Shown: positions 46,570 through 54,697 of the stretch, piece by piece
Numbering within the stretch: the stretch's first letter is position 1
Layout of the letters: each line of letters begins with the position of its first letter
DNA from: Bacteroidales bacterium
GTDB taxonomy: Bacteria; Bacteroidota; Bacteroidia; Bacteroidales; UBA932
DNA: 64,000 nt
Assembly (NCBI GenBank): GCA_045601245.1
Contig: JAZRZH010000052.1
Span: 48,975 to 112,974, forward strand
Direction of reading: 5' to 3'
The notes under the pieces: model-generated
The model's database searches: none
Seen by the model: only the letters and a program-made list of their open reading frames with translations
What the model was told of the DNA's origin: nothing
Program-made: the position numbers and the translations under genes

Positions 46570-47610
46570 TCAGAGCTCCGAAATAGCGCGGATGAGTGCC
46601 GCGACAGCCTCATCCGTCGTCGCCCAGCTGGTGCAGAACCGGACTGCGGAAAGGCCGTCGCCCATATTCTGCCAATACTCGAAGCCAAACTTTTCTCCAA
46701 GTCTGTCAAGCGCAGCCTGCGTCAGTATCGGAAACTGCTGGTTGGTAGGACTCCTGACGAGCAACGGCACGCCGGCAGCCTTGAACGCCTCCCTGATCTT
46801 CAACGCCTTGGAAACGGCGGAAGATGAGAGCTTGAAGTACAAGTCGTCGGTGAAAAGCGTCTCGAACTGGATGCCGAGGAGCCTGCCCTTTGCGAGCATA
46901 CCGCCGTTCTGCTTTATGAAATATCGGAAATTCTTCCTGAGCGCGGGGTTGCAGATGACCAGGGCCTCCCCGAAAAGCGCGCCCTGTTTCGTGCCGCCGA
47001 TATAGAACACATCGGCAATGTCCGAAAGGTCCTCGATCTTGATATCACATTCCACGGATGAAAGGCCGTAACCCAGACGGGCGCCGTCGACGTAGAGCGG
47101 AGCCTCCCATTTGCGGCACACGTCGCGGATGGCCAGCAGTTCCGACTTCGTGTAGAGCATTCCCAGCTCTGTCGGAAGCGAAATATAAACCATCCCCGGT
47201 TGGACCATATGTTCGTGGTTGCAGTCATTGTAGTGATCATAGAAGCAGCGGTCGATCTGCTCCGCAGTAATCTTCGAGTCCACTGACGGCAATGCCAGCA
47301 CCTTGTGTCCTGAATGCTCTATGGCGCCGGTTTCGTGGACGTTCACGTGCCCGCAGTCGGCACATACGACGCCCTGATAAGGCTTGAGAACCGATGCTAT
47401 GACCGTGGCGTTGGTCTGCGTACCGCCAACCAGAAAATGGATGCCGGAAACGTCCACGCCGCATTTTGCCGATATCAGCCGGCGCGCGGAAGCACAGAAT
47501 TCATCCTCGCCATAACCCACGGTCTGGCACATATTTGTCTCTGCAAGGCGGTTCAGGATTGTGGGATGCGCCCCCTCGCCGTAATCGCACACGAAAAGCA
47601 TCTTATCCAT
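46570..47610 (-). CDS. Threonine-aldolase-family (beta-eliminating lyase fold) PLP-dependent enzyme
   Basis: 346 aa: FLVGGTQTNATVIA, YIGGTKQGALFGEA (PLP-lysine region), and an overall LtaE-like length and order. Confidence 0.7.
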   Translation of the reverse strand: MDKMLFVCDYGEGAHPTILNRLAETNMCQTVGYGEDEFCASARRLISAKCGVDVSGIHFLVGGTQTNATVIASVLKPYQGVVCADCGHVNVHETGAIEHSGHKVLALPSVDSKITAEQIDRCFYDHYNDCNHEHMVQPGMVYISLPTELGMLYTKSELLAIRDVCRKWEAPLYVDGARLGYGLSSVECDIKIEDLSDIADVFYIGGTKQGALFGEALVICNPALRKNFRYFIKQNGGMLAKGRLLGIQFETLFTDDLYFKLSSSAVSKALKIREAFKAAGVPLLVRSPTNQQFPILTQAALDRLGEKFGFEYWQNMGDGLSAVRFCTSWATTDEAVAALIRAISEL

Positions 47611-47622
47611 AATATCAATCTT

Positions 47623-48339
47623 TTACTCTATCCCGATATGGGATTCCGCATAAGCCAGATCGGCTTCATCATCTATCTCGTACCACTTGAGGGCGTCAAT
47701 CTTAAGCACATTCATAGGTTTTATGCGATTGCTGACGTCCAGCAGCATATATTCATAACCCAGCTTCGGCTTTTCATCCAGCACCCTCGAATACTCATCC
47801 ACGCAAATGCGATAGAACTCATTCGAAAGCCTGTGGATGCCGACCAGTTCACCGGAAGGTTCGAAAGCATTTTCATCGGTAGAGCAGTCCACCAGTTCGC
47901 ATCTGCCGTTCATCTTCACATAATACTGGTCCTGGAATTTCGTCACCGGAGAGATAAGCATCGCCGAATCGAAATCACATCCGAGAAGGCCCGATATCGC
48001 CTTGCGCTCAAAGACAAGGTCGCTCTCGAGAAGGAGGAAATCGTCATTTCCGACTGCCTCGCGGCAATTGTACAGCGTGTACATGCTGTTGGTCTCCGCA
48101 AAGCGAGGACTGTAGACACACTCTATCATCGGAAAGCGCTTCTGCAGAGCCTCATAGCTCTCCTTCCTCCACCCCGTCCCGATGATTATCCTTTCTATGC
48201 CGCAGTCAATCAGCGTCTCGATGCTGCGGACCACCATCGGCTTGTCCCTGAATTCGACGAATCCCTTAGGGATCATTTCGGTATGCTTCCCGAAACGCGA
48301 GCCGAGGCCGGCGGCCATTATCACTGCTGTCTTTATCAT
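47623..48339 (-). CDS. LicC-like nucleotidyltransferase (cytidylyltransferase-type NTP transferase)
   Basis: The ORF-track start 48345 is a TTG. The ATG at 48339 gives MIKTAVIMAAGLGSRFG, the NTP_transferase signature. About 238 aa. It starts 2 nt after the permease stop. Confidence 0.65.
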   Translation of the reverse strand: MIKTAVIMAAGLGSRFGKHTEMIPKGFVEFRDKPMVVRSIETLIDCGIERIIIGTGWRKESYEALQKRFPMIECVYSPRFAETNSMYTLYNCREAVGNDDFLLLESDLVFERKAISGLLGCDFDSAMLISPVTKFQDQYYVKMNGRCELVDCSTDENAFEPSGELVGIHRLSNEFYRICVDEYSRVLDEKPKLGYEYMLLDVSNRIKPMNVLKIDALKWYEIDDEADLAYAESHIGIE

Positions 48340-48341
48340 AA

Positions 48342-49811
48342 TCAATTATCAACGTTTCCCTTTACAAAATATTTATACTGCCTGATGAAGAAGCAGAGCC
48401 CCAGGAGGCACCAGATAGCGAACATAATATACGACTGCCTGCAGAAATGGACCCCTTCAAGACCTTCAATCGGAACAAGCTGCAGCTCGATAAAACCGAG
48501 TGACAGAATGCACCCGACCGCAGCCACAAGCTTGTGACGGAAAGTGCATTCAGGATCCCAGTTCATAGTCACGACGGTCGATGCGCAGGTGAAGAAAAAT
48601 CCGATGGAAGCACCTACCGCACTCATATCCACAAACCATCCCAGAGCCTCGCGTCCGAGAACCGGACCGCTGAGGGATACCAGTATGCAGAAGAGCATCG
48701 CATTGACAGGAGTGCCGTATTTCGGGCTTACCTTCGCGAATATCATCGGAAGATATCCATCCCTCGCCATAGCGTACATCAGACGGCTGGAGGCAAGGTA
48801 GAAGCCCATGATACCGGATAGTACCGCGCAGGAAACAGCAACTCCGAGCAGTACCTTGCCGAAAGTGCCGAGCATCTCTTCGGCGGCGACCATAAGCACC
48901 CAGTCCCCCGACATCACACGGTCCGGCCAATTTGCCACAGCAACGGCCGCGACGGTATTGTTGGCGATATACACAAAAGTACCGAATATGATGGCGACGC
49001 CCATTATCAGCATCACTTTCTTATGCGGGAACTTGAACTCCTCCGCTGCCTGCGGAATAGTCTCAAACCCTACGAAAGCCCAAGGTGCGATGGCAAGAGT
49101 GGCCATTATCGCGGAGAGGACACCCTTCGGACCGGACTTGGCGAATTCGGCCAGGCCACTGCCGGAAGCGCCGGCGCCAAGCGCGGCCTGCCTGTCGAAG
49201 CCCCACGGCATCTGAACGTTGCTCCAGTCCGCCTTCGTGCTGACCAACGCGGATACCGTCAGTATGAAAACCGACAGCGCAAGCATAGATGTCAGTACTG
49301 TCTGTATGAATCCCGCCTTGCGGACCCCGATGATGTTGAGCCAGCCGAAAACGACCAGCACCGCGGAGGCGAAGAACACCTCACCGGCCCATACGTCAAA
49401 TCCCGCAACGGTATAATGGAAGCCCCATTTGAGGATATCGGCGCTGCCGTCAAGGCCGTCGACTATCAGACCTATGGCTGTCGAATTCATAGGGACGTTC
49501 GTCAGATATGCGGCGACGAGAAACCATCCGCACACATAGGCGAAGGTCCTGCCGAAACATTTTTTGGTATAATTGAATTCGCCCCCGGCGGTCGGATTCC
49601 TCGGCACCATATAGGCGTATGCATAGGCGATGACAAACATTATCAGCGCGCCGGCGACCATGGCGATGGCCGTACCGCAGACTCCGGAATTGGGAAGGAA
49701 CTTCTTGCCGGGATTGACGAATGCGCCCCAGCCGATTATGCAGCCGAAGGCGAGCGCCCAGACGTGTGTGGGCGACAATTGTTTCCTGAGTTCCGGTTTA
49801 TCCTTTCCCAT
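48342..49811 (-). CDS. APC-superfamily amino acid / amine permease
   Basis: 489 aa with about 12 TM segments and an N-terminal LSPTHVWALAFGCIIGWGAFVNPG, typical of APC permeases. Confidence 0.7.
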   Translation of the reverse strand: MGKDKPELRKQLSPTHVWALAFGCIIGWGAFVNPGKKFLPNSGVCGTAIAMVAGALIMFVIAYAYAYMVPRNPTAGGEFNYTKKCFGRTFAYVCGWFLVAAYLTNVPMNSTAIGLIVDGLDGSADILKWGFHYTVAGFDVWAGEVFFASAVLVVFGWLNIIGVRKAGFIQTVLTSMLALSVFILTVSALVSTKADWSNVQMPWGFDRQAALGAGASGSGLAEFAKSGPKGVLSAIMATLAIAPWAFVGFETIPQAAEEFKFPHKKVMLIMGVAIIFGTFVYIANNTVAAVAVANWPDRVMSGDWVLMVAAEEMLGTFGKVLLGVAVSCAVLSGIMGFYLASSRLMYAMARDGYLPMIFAKVSPKYGTPVNAMLFCILVSLSGPVLGREALGWFVDMSAVGASIGFFFTCASTVVTMNWDPECTFRHKLVAAVGCILSLGFIELQLVPIEGLEGVHFCRQSYIMFAIWCLLGLCFFIRQYKYFVKGNVDN

Positions 49812-49818
49812 AGCTATA

Positions 49819-50763
49819 TTATACCCAGAGACGCCGGGTCTCCTTTTCTATCTCCACTTCGGGCGCGGTAGATATCAAATCGTATATCTTTGATGCAAAA
49901 ACGGCATCGTGCAGGCCAAGGCCCACATTATAACTGATTATCCGCTGCCCGTCGTCAGTCCTGCCCTCAGCCCTGCCCTCAATGACATCCTGTATTTCAG
50001 CGAAATACTTATACTGGCTGAAATACTTGAAGCCCTGGATATGAGCCGTATCATCACCGAATATCCTGTCAAAAACCAAATCGCAGTTCTGGAATCCTCT
50101 GGTATGGACAGGAATAAGCGTGACGCCCGGTCTGAAGCAGTTGTCATCCTCACAAAGCAGTCCGTCAGCCTGAGTTATGCAACTGTATATGACATCAGAA
50201 AGGGAGAACATTTCCGGTATTGAATCGAATACCGTGAATCTGACATTCGAATAATCCTTGAAACGCCCGATGAAAAGATCGGCTTCGTTCCTGAATCTAT
50301 ACAGGAAAACATTATGCATTGTATCAGGCTCGGATTCGAGCAGGCACAGCATAGTGGCAATGGCCACGTTTCCAAGCCCGACAAAGCAATAATTGATCTC
50401 TCCGCTTCTGCGGAATGTCTGCGCAGCCAGAGTAGCCACGGCACCGGTCCTCATAGCCGTGATCCAATCGCAGTCCATAAGGGCCAGAAGTGTCCCCGTA
50501 GAGGCTTCGTATACCTGGATATTGCTGCTCAGCGCCGGTGTGGCGTTCTGAAGCCGGCTCACAAGCTTGAGACAATAGCGGTTATAGGATTCGGGGAGCA
50601 GACACGGCATAGCCGTATAAAAATCCACACCGTCGGGATGTACACTGACCTTTGGCGGGAGCTGGGAGAATCGCTTCAACGAGAAACTCTCCTTGACCCA
50701 ATCGAGACATGTAGCCGGAGAAATCCGCAGGCCCGCTATGGTGGATTTGCTTATTATTTTCAT
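49819..50763 (-). CDS. Ornithine cyclodeaminase / mu-crystallin family NAD(P)-dependent enzyme
   Basis: 314 aa: ITAMRTGAVATLAAQ followed by the Rossmann motif CFVGLGNVA, as in the OCD/mu-crystallin family. Confidence 0.65.
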   Translation of the reverse strand: MKIISKSTIAGLRISPATCLDWVKESFSLKRFSQLPPKVSVHPDGVDFYTAMPCLLPESYNRYCLKLVSRLQNATPALSSNIQVYEASTGTLLALMDCDWITAMRTGAVATLAAQTFRRSGEINYCFVGLGNVAIATMLCLLESEPDTMHNVFLYRFRNEADLFIGRFKDYSNVRFTVFDSIPEMFSLSDVIYSCITQADGLLCEDDNCFRPGVTLIPVHTRGFQNCDLVFDRIFGDDTAHIQGFKYFSQYKYFAEIQDVIEGRAEGRTDDGQRIISYNVGLGLHDAVFASKIYDLISTAPEVEIEKETRRLWV

Positions 50764-50767
50764 ATAT

Positions 50768-51883
50768 CTACTTGATCACCACCCTGTTGATGCGGCGGCT
50801 CATTCGTGTCATAAGTTCATATGGGATAGTCCCGAGGATATCCGAGAGTTCCTCAAGACGCGGGCTGTCGCCGAATATCGTGACGACATCCCCCACCTTG
50901 GCATCCACGCCCGTGACATCGATCATGCAGGCATCCATACAGATATTGCCGATGGTCGGTACAAGACGGCCGTTTACCGAGAAATGCGCCCCACCGTTGC
51001 TGAAGCGGCGGTCAATGCCGTCGGCATAGCCGAGTGAGATGGTGGCGGTCGTGGTCGGACCGTTTATCTTTCCCTTGCGGGAATATCCCACAGTACCGTC
51101 CGCGACATCCAGATGCTTCACCTGAACCACCTTGGTCTTGAGGGATGCAACCGGCTTCACATCTTCGTCAGCCAAGGTGCGATAACCGTACAGGCCGATT
51201 CCGAGACGGACCATATCATACTGATACTGAGGATATTTTTCAGCAAACCGCTCAATACCTGCGGTATTGCAAAGGTGACGCATCGGAGTATATCCCAGGA
51301 AATCCGATATCTTGCCGGAAATACGGTCGAAGGTCCGGGCCTGCCCCAGCGTGAATTCATCGAAGCACTCCTCGTCCGCGCCTGCAAGGTGCGAATATAT
51401 CGACTTGACTTTCAGAGTCTGATCATTTGCGAAGAACTCTTTCAGTTCATCGAGTTCGCCATCCATAAAGCCGACGCGGTGCATGCCGGAATCGACCTTT
51501 ATATGGACAGGATAGTCCTTGAGTCCGCGCAGTGCCACATATCCGCTGAAGAGCTTCAGGGAGAACATATCGGTCATACCCGGCTCGAGATTGTATCCCA
51601 CGATATCCTCCAGCGCCTCACGGCTCCAGTTGAGGACAAGTATCGGCAGGCCTATTCCCGCGCGGCGGAGTTCGACGCCCTCATTCACAAATGCAACCCC
51701 GATATAATCCACGCCCATATGCTCTATCGAATGGGCCACCTCCACGGCACCCATACCGTATGCATTGGCCTTGAGCAGCACAAGCATCTTTGTGGAGTCC
51801 TTCAGCCTGGACTTGAAATGATTTATATTATAACGGAGATTATCCTCATCTATCTCCAGCCTTGGATAATTTGTAACATTCAT
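50768..51883 (-). CDS. alr: Alanine racemase (stand-alone)
   Basis: 371 aa: VLLKANAYGMGAVEVA (PLP-lysine motif KANAYGxG), with a C-terminal beta domain LVPTIGNICMDACMIDVT. Confidence 0.85.
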   Translation of the reverse strand: MNVTNYPRLEIDEDNLRYNINHFKSRLKDSTKMLVLLKANAYGMGAVEVAHSIEHMGVDYIGVAFVNEGVELRRAGIGLPILVLNWSREALEDIVGYNLEPGMTDMFSLKLFSGYVALRGLKDYPVHIKVDSGMHRVGFMDGELDELKEFFANDQTLKVKSIYSHLAGADEECFDEFTLGQARTFDRISGKISDFLGYTPMRHLCNTAGIERFAEKYPQYQYDMVRLGIGLYGYRTLADEDVKPVASLKTKVVQVKHLDVADGTVGYSRKGKINGPTTTATISLGYADGIDRRFSNGGAHFSVNGRLVPTIGNICMDACMIDVTGVDAKVGDVVTIFGDSPRLEELSDILGTIPYELMTRMSRRINRVVIK

Positions 51884-51903
51884 AATTTCGTTGTTTGGGG
51901 CTG

Positions 51904-51911
51904 CAAAGATA
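51904..51911 (-). promoter_or_regulatory. Candidate -7 promoter box TATCTTTG for the alr-led cassette
   Basis: Plus strand reads CAAAGATA. It lies 21 nt upstream of the alr ATG at 51883, in the 35-nt gap after the capD-like gene. Confidence 0.4.
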
Positions 51912-51918
51912 GCAAAAA

Positions 51919-53871
51919 CTACTGCGGCAAGTCAAGGACTTCGTATACGGAATTCTTGCTCCTGTACTCAGGCACAGCCTTTTTCATCAACTTGACCATA
52001 TCCATAATATCTACCTTTATGGCCAGATCTGCCAGCTGATCAATGATTCCGCATATCTCGGAATAGTCATAAGGACGGACTTGTGCAACCCTTATGCGGT
52101 CGTGAGATGTCGAAGTTGTCCCCTCCAGGTCAGCAAGCACCTCTTCATAAAGCTTCTCACCAGGACGGAGTCCGGTATATTCGACCATAATGTCCACATC
52201 CGGCACAAAGCCGGAGAGTTCTATCATCCTTCTGGCAAGCGTATCTATCTTCACTGATTTGCCCATATCGAACACGAATATGTCGTTCCCGGCAGACATT
52301 GTCGCAGCTTCAAGGACCAGTCTGCACGCCTCCGGAATTGTCATAAAGAAGCGAGTGATATCAGGATGTGTGACTGTAACCGGGCCGCCCGCAGCGATCT
52401 GATCACGGAAACGCGGTATTACTGAGCCATTTGAGCCAAGGACATTTCCGAAACGAGTCGTAACGAACTTTGTTTTGCCCACAACCGCCCCATCGGCCAT
52501 AGCTGTGCCGAGACTCTGCACATAGATTTCAGCCAATCTTTTCGAGCATCCCATCACATTCGTAGGATTCACAGCCTTGTCCGTTGAAATCATCACCATC
52601 TTCTCAACTCCATACTCAACACATTTCTCCGCAACCATCCTGGAACCAAACACATTCACCAGAACAGCCTCGCACGGATTCTCCTCCATTAACGGCACGT
52701 GCTTGTATGCTGCTGCGTGGAACACGACCTGAGGTTTGTATTTCCGGAATGCAAAATCAAGTCTTTCCTTATGGCGGACATCCCCGATAACAGGTACGAA
52801 ATTGAATTTGGGAAATGACTCCTCGAGACTGAGACGCAGATTATGCATCGGGGTTTCGGCATTGTCGTACAAAATCAGTTTACTGACTCCGAACTTCGCC
52901 AACTGGCGGCACAGTTCGGATCCGATACTTCCGGCAGCACCGGTGACCATCACTGTCTTGCCGGCAAAGTTTTCTATGATTTTATCCATAGAAATCTTGA
53001 TTTCCTCCCTTCCCAGAAGGTCCTCCACCCTGACTTCCCTGATGCGGGAAGTGAACTCATGACCCGAAGCATCCTCCAGAGATGGCACGACAAGCACCTT
53101 CATATTCTTCTGAAGAGCAAATTTGACACATCTGTCATGTTCATCGCGGACATCATTATCGTCAGCGAAGAGAATTGCATCAATGGCCAGTTTGTCGACA
53201 ATCCGTGAAAATGACTCTTTGTCGGAGAAATAATATGTCACATTGTTAGCAATGCGGAGATTGTCTTCGTCCTTTGACGCTGTCAGAAATCCACAGACCT
53301 TATATTTCTGTGATTTCTGCAATCTTGTCAAAAGGGAGACAGCCTTGTTAAGGGTCCCGAAAACCAGAACTTTGGTCAATTTCTTGTCCTTGCGTGACTG
53401 ATTGAGGAAATGATAATAAACGGTTATCATCAGTATCCTGACCAGAATAAGGAAGAAGAATGATAGCAGAAAATCAGCTAAAAGTATGGCAATCGTGGAA
53501 TAACGCCACAGTGAAACGCTTATCAGAGTGATTGAAATCAATATCTCTTTCCCAGCAAGTGCCAGCGCCAGTTTCATTACATCGTGGAAAGACGAATATC
53601 TGATAATGATATGGTGACTCTTGACCAGAAGAAACATCAGCGCCGAATAAATCAGCGATGTGACAAGGATGAGATTGTAATAGCTGCCCGAAGACTTACA
53701 GTATATTTCCCGAATCTGCGGTATCATCAGAAAAACAAGAATGATAGCCGTGGAAACGAAGGATATGAACGTATCCAAAAGTAAAACGACTCTTTTATCA
53801 AGATGCTTGGCTATGAGGCGTTTTATGCGCACATACAAAGCAGATAACACTTTTTGGTCCTTTAATCCCAT
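51919..53871 (-). CDS. CapD/WbpM/PglF-type membrane-anchored NDP-sugar 4,6-dehydratase (polysaccharide biosynthesis protein)
   Basis: The ORF-track start 53892 is a TTG. The ATG at 53871 gives MGLKDQKVLS. Four N-terminal TM segments, then VMVTGAAGSIGSEL (Rossmann), and GCSKRLAE in the Yxx(x)K position (Met replaces Tyr in NVMGCSKR, as in many CapD-like enzymes). Confidence 0.75.
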   Translation of the reverse strand: MGLKDQKVLSALYVRIKRLIAKHLDKRVVLLLDTFISFVSTAIILVFLMIPQIREIYCKSSGSYYNLILVTSLIYSALMFLLVKSHHIIIRYSSFHDVMKLALALAGKEILISITLISVSLWRYSTIAILLADFLLSFFFLILVRILMITVYYHFLNQSRKDKKLTKVLVFGTLNKAVSLLTRLQKSQKYKVCGFLTASKDEDNLRIANNVTYYFSDKESFSRIVDKLAIDAILFADDNDVRDEHDRCVKFALQKNMKVLVVPSLEDASGHEFTSRIREVRVEDLLGREEIKISMDKIIENFAGKTVMVTGAAGSIGSELCRQLAKFGVSKLILYDNAETPMHNLRLSLEESFPKFNFVPVIGDVRHKERLDFAFRKYKPQVVFHAAAYKHVPLMEENPCEAVLVNVFGSRMVAEKCVEYGVEKMVMISTDKAVNPTNVMGCSKRLAEIYVQSLGTAMADGAVVGKTKFVTTRFGNVLGSNGSVIPRFRDQIAAGGPVTVTHPDITRFFMTIPEACRLVLEAATMSAGNDIFVFDMGKSVKIDTLARRMIELSGFVPDVDIMVEYTGLRPGEKLYEEVLADLEGTTSTSHDRIRVAQVRPYDYSEICGIIDQLADLAIKVDIMDMVKLMKKAVPEYRSKNSVYEVLDLPQ

Positions 53872-53889
53872 ATAATGAATTTTAACTTT

Positions 53890-53897
53890 CAAATTTA
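53890..53897 (-). promoter_or_regulatory. Candidate -7 promoter box TAAATTTG for the capD-like gene
   Basis: Plus strand reads CAAATTTA. It lies 19 nt upstream of the ATG at 53871. Confidence 0.4.
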
Positions 53898-53930
53898 CGA
53901 CATTAATTTAAAAAAGCGATTGTTTTTTAT

Positions 53931-53938
53931 TAACTTTG
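53931..53938 (+). promoter_or_regulatory. Candidate -7 promoter box TAACTTTG for the small Cys-rich lipoprotein gene
   Basis: Matches TAnnTTTG and lies 25 nt upstream of the ATG at 53964. Confidence 0.45.
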
Positions 53939-53963
53939 CGAAAACGAAAAAAGGATATTGATT

Positions 53964-54176
53964 ATGAAGAAATTATTTCTTGCCATCATTACTACTGCTA
54001 CCGTACTTTCATGCGCCGGATGTGCCAAAACTTGCAATTGTGTAAGCAGATTCGACGATCAGGTACTTGAAAGAACCGTCACTCTTGAAGAAGGTGAGAG
54101 ATGCGGTGACAGTGACTACGATGTAACTGCCCTGGGCCACCACTCTTCACTCAAATGCCGCCCGCAGCTCTTCTAG
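53964..54176 (+). CDS. Small Cys-rich lipoprotein (70 aa)
   Basis: The ATG at 53964 gives MKKLFLAIITTATVLSCAGC (lipobox LSC). The ~52-aa mature part contains about 6 Cys. Confidence 0.6.
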   Translation: MKKLFLAIITTATVLSCAGCAKTCNCVSRFDDQVLERTVTLEEGERCGDSDYDVTALGHHSSLKCRPQLF

Positions 54177-54185
54177 CAACAAAGG

Positions 54186-54659
54186 ATGGCATTGCTTAAA
54201 ACAATAGAAAAAATACGATCCCGGGTACTTCCCGGGATTCTTTTTATTCTGCTGATACTGACCGCGGCTGCATTTCTCCGTGGTTTTGATATCAAGGTTG
54301 ACAGGGACGCAATGCGCAGTGCGGTGGAACGCGGTGAAGTGCCGGCAGGACTGATGCAGGGCACGCAGGTAGTCTGTTTCTATTCGATGGTCTGCCCATA
54401 CTGCGAGAAAAATGCACAATGGCTGGAGCGCACACGTTCGTGTTTCGGTATGAAGGACGTGCCGCTGACAGTCATCTTCGGCAGGCCGTCGGTCGAGCGC
54501 AACCCGCAGGATTTCTTTGACGCCTGCGGCCTGGAATACGACAGGATTGAATACCTGGACCAGGACACCTTCATTGAAATAGTCTGCGGCAGATGGCCGC
54601 TTGTACTGGTGCTCAGGGACGGAAAGATAGTCCACAAATTCACGCACCGCGGATTATAA
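54186..54659 (+). CDS. Membrane-anchored thioredoxin-fold protein with a CPYC active site
   Basis: 157 aa with the N-terminal anchor VLPGILFILLILTAAAFL. VVCFYSMVCPYCEKNAQWL carries a CxxC redox motif. It starts 10 nt after the small lipoprotein gene. Confidence 0.65.
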   Translation: MALLKTIEKIRSRVLPGILFILLILTAAAFLRGFDIKVDRDAMRSAVERGEVPAGLMQGTQVVCFYSMVCPYCEKNAQWLERTRSCFGMKDVPLTVIFGRPSVERNPQDFFDACGLEYDRIEYLDQDTFIEIVCGRWPLVLVLRDGKIVHKFTHRGL

Positions 54660-54671
54660 GGGAAGGATATA

Positions 54672-54697
54672 AAAAAGAGGAATCACTTCCTCTTTTT
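54672..54697. terminator. Hairpin terminator between convergent genes (overlaps the ffh stop codon)
   Basis: 11-bp stem AAAAAGAGGAA / TTCCTCTTTTT with a 4-nt loop (TCAC), followed by a T-rich tract on the plus strand. Confidence 0.5.

Noticed and set aside
47314-48537. A 407-aa plus-strand ORF, and many similar long ORFs (891-1604 +, 9182-10111 +, 19286-20407 -, 36176-37168 +, 45516-46544 +, 49023-49871 +, 51113-52039 +, 58035-59015 +, 59891-60583 +).
   Set aside because: All lie antisense to genes with clear family motifs. The 47314-48537 ORF even spans three gene boundaries. Their translations are Arg/His/Leu-rich junk with no motifs, which is typical of shadow ORFs in GC-rich coding DNA.
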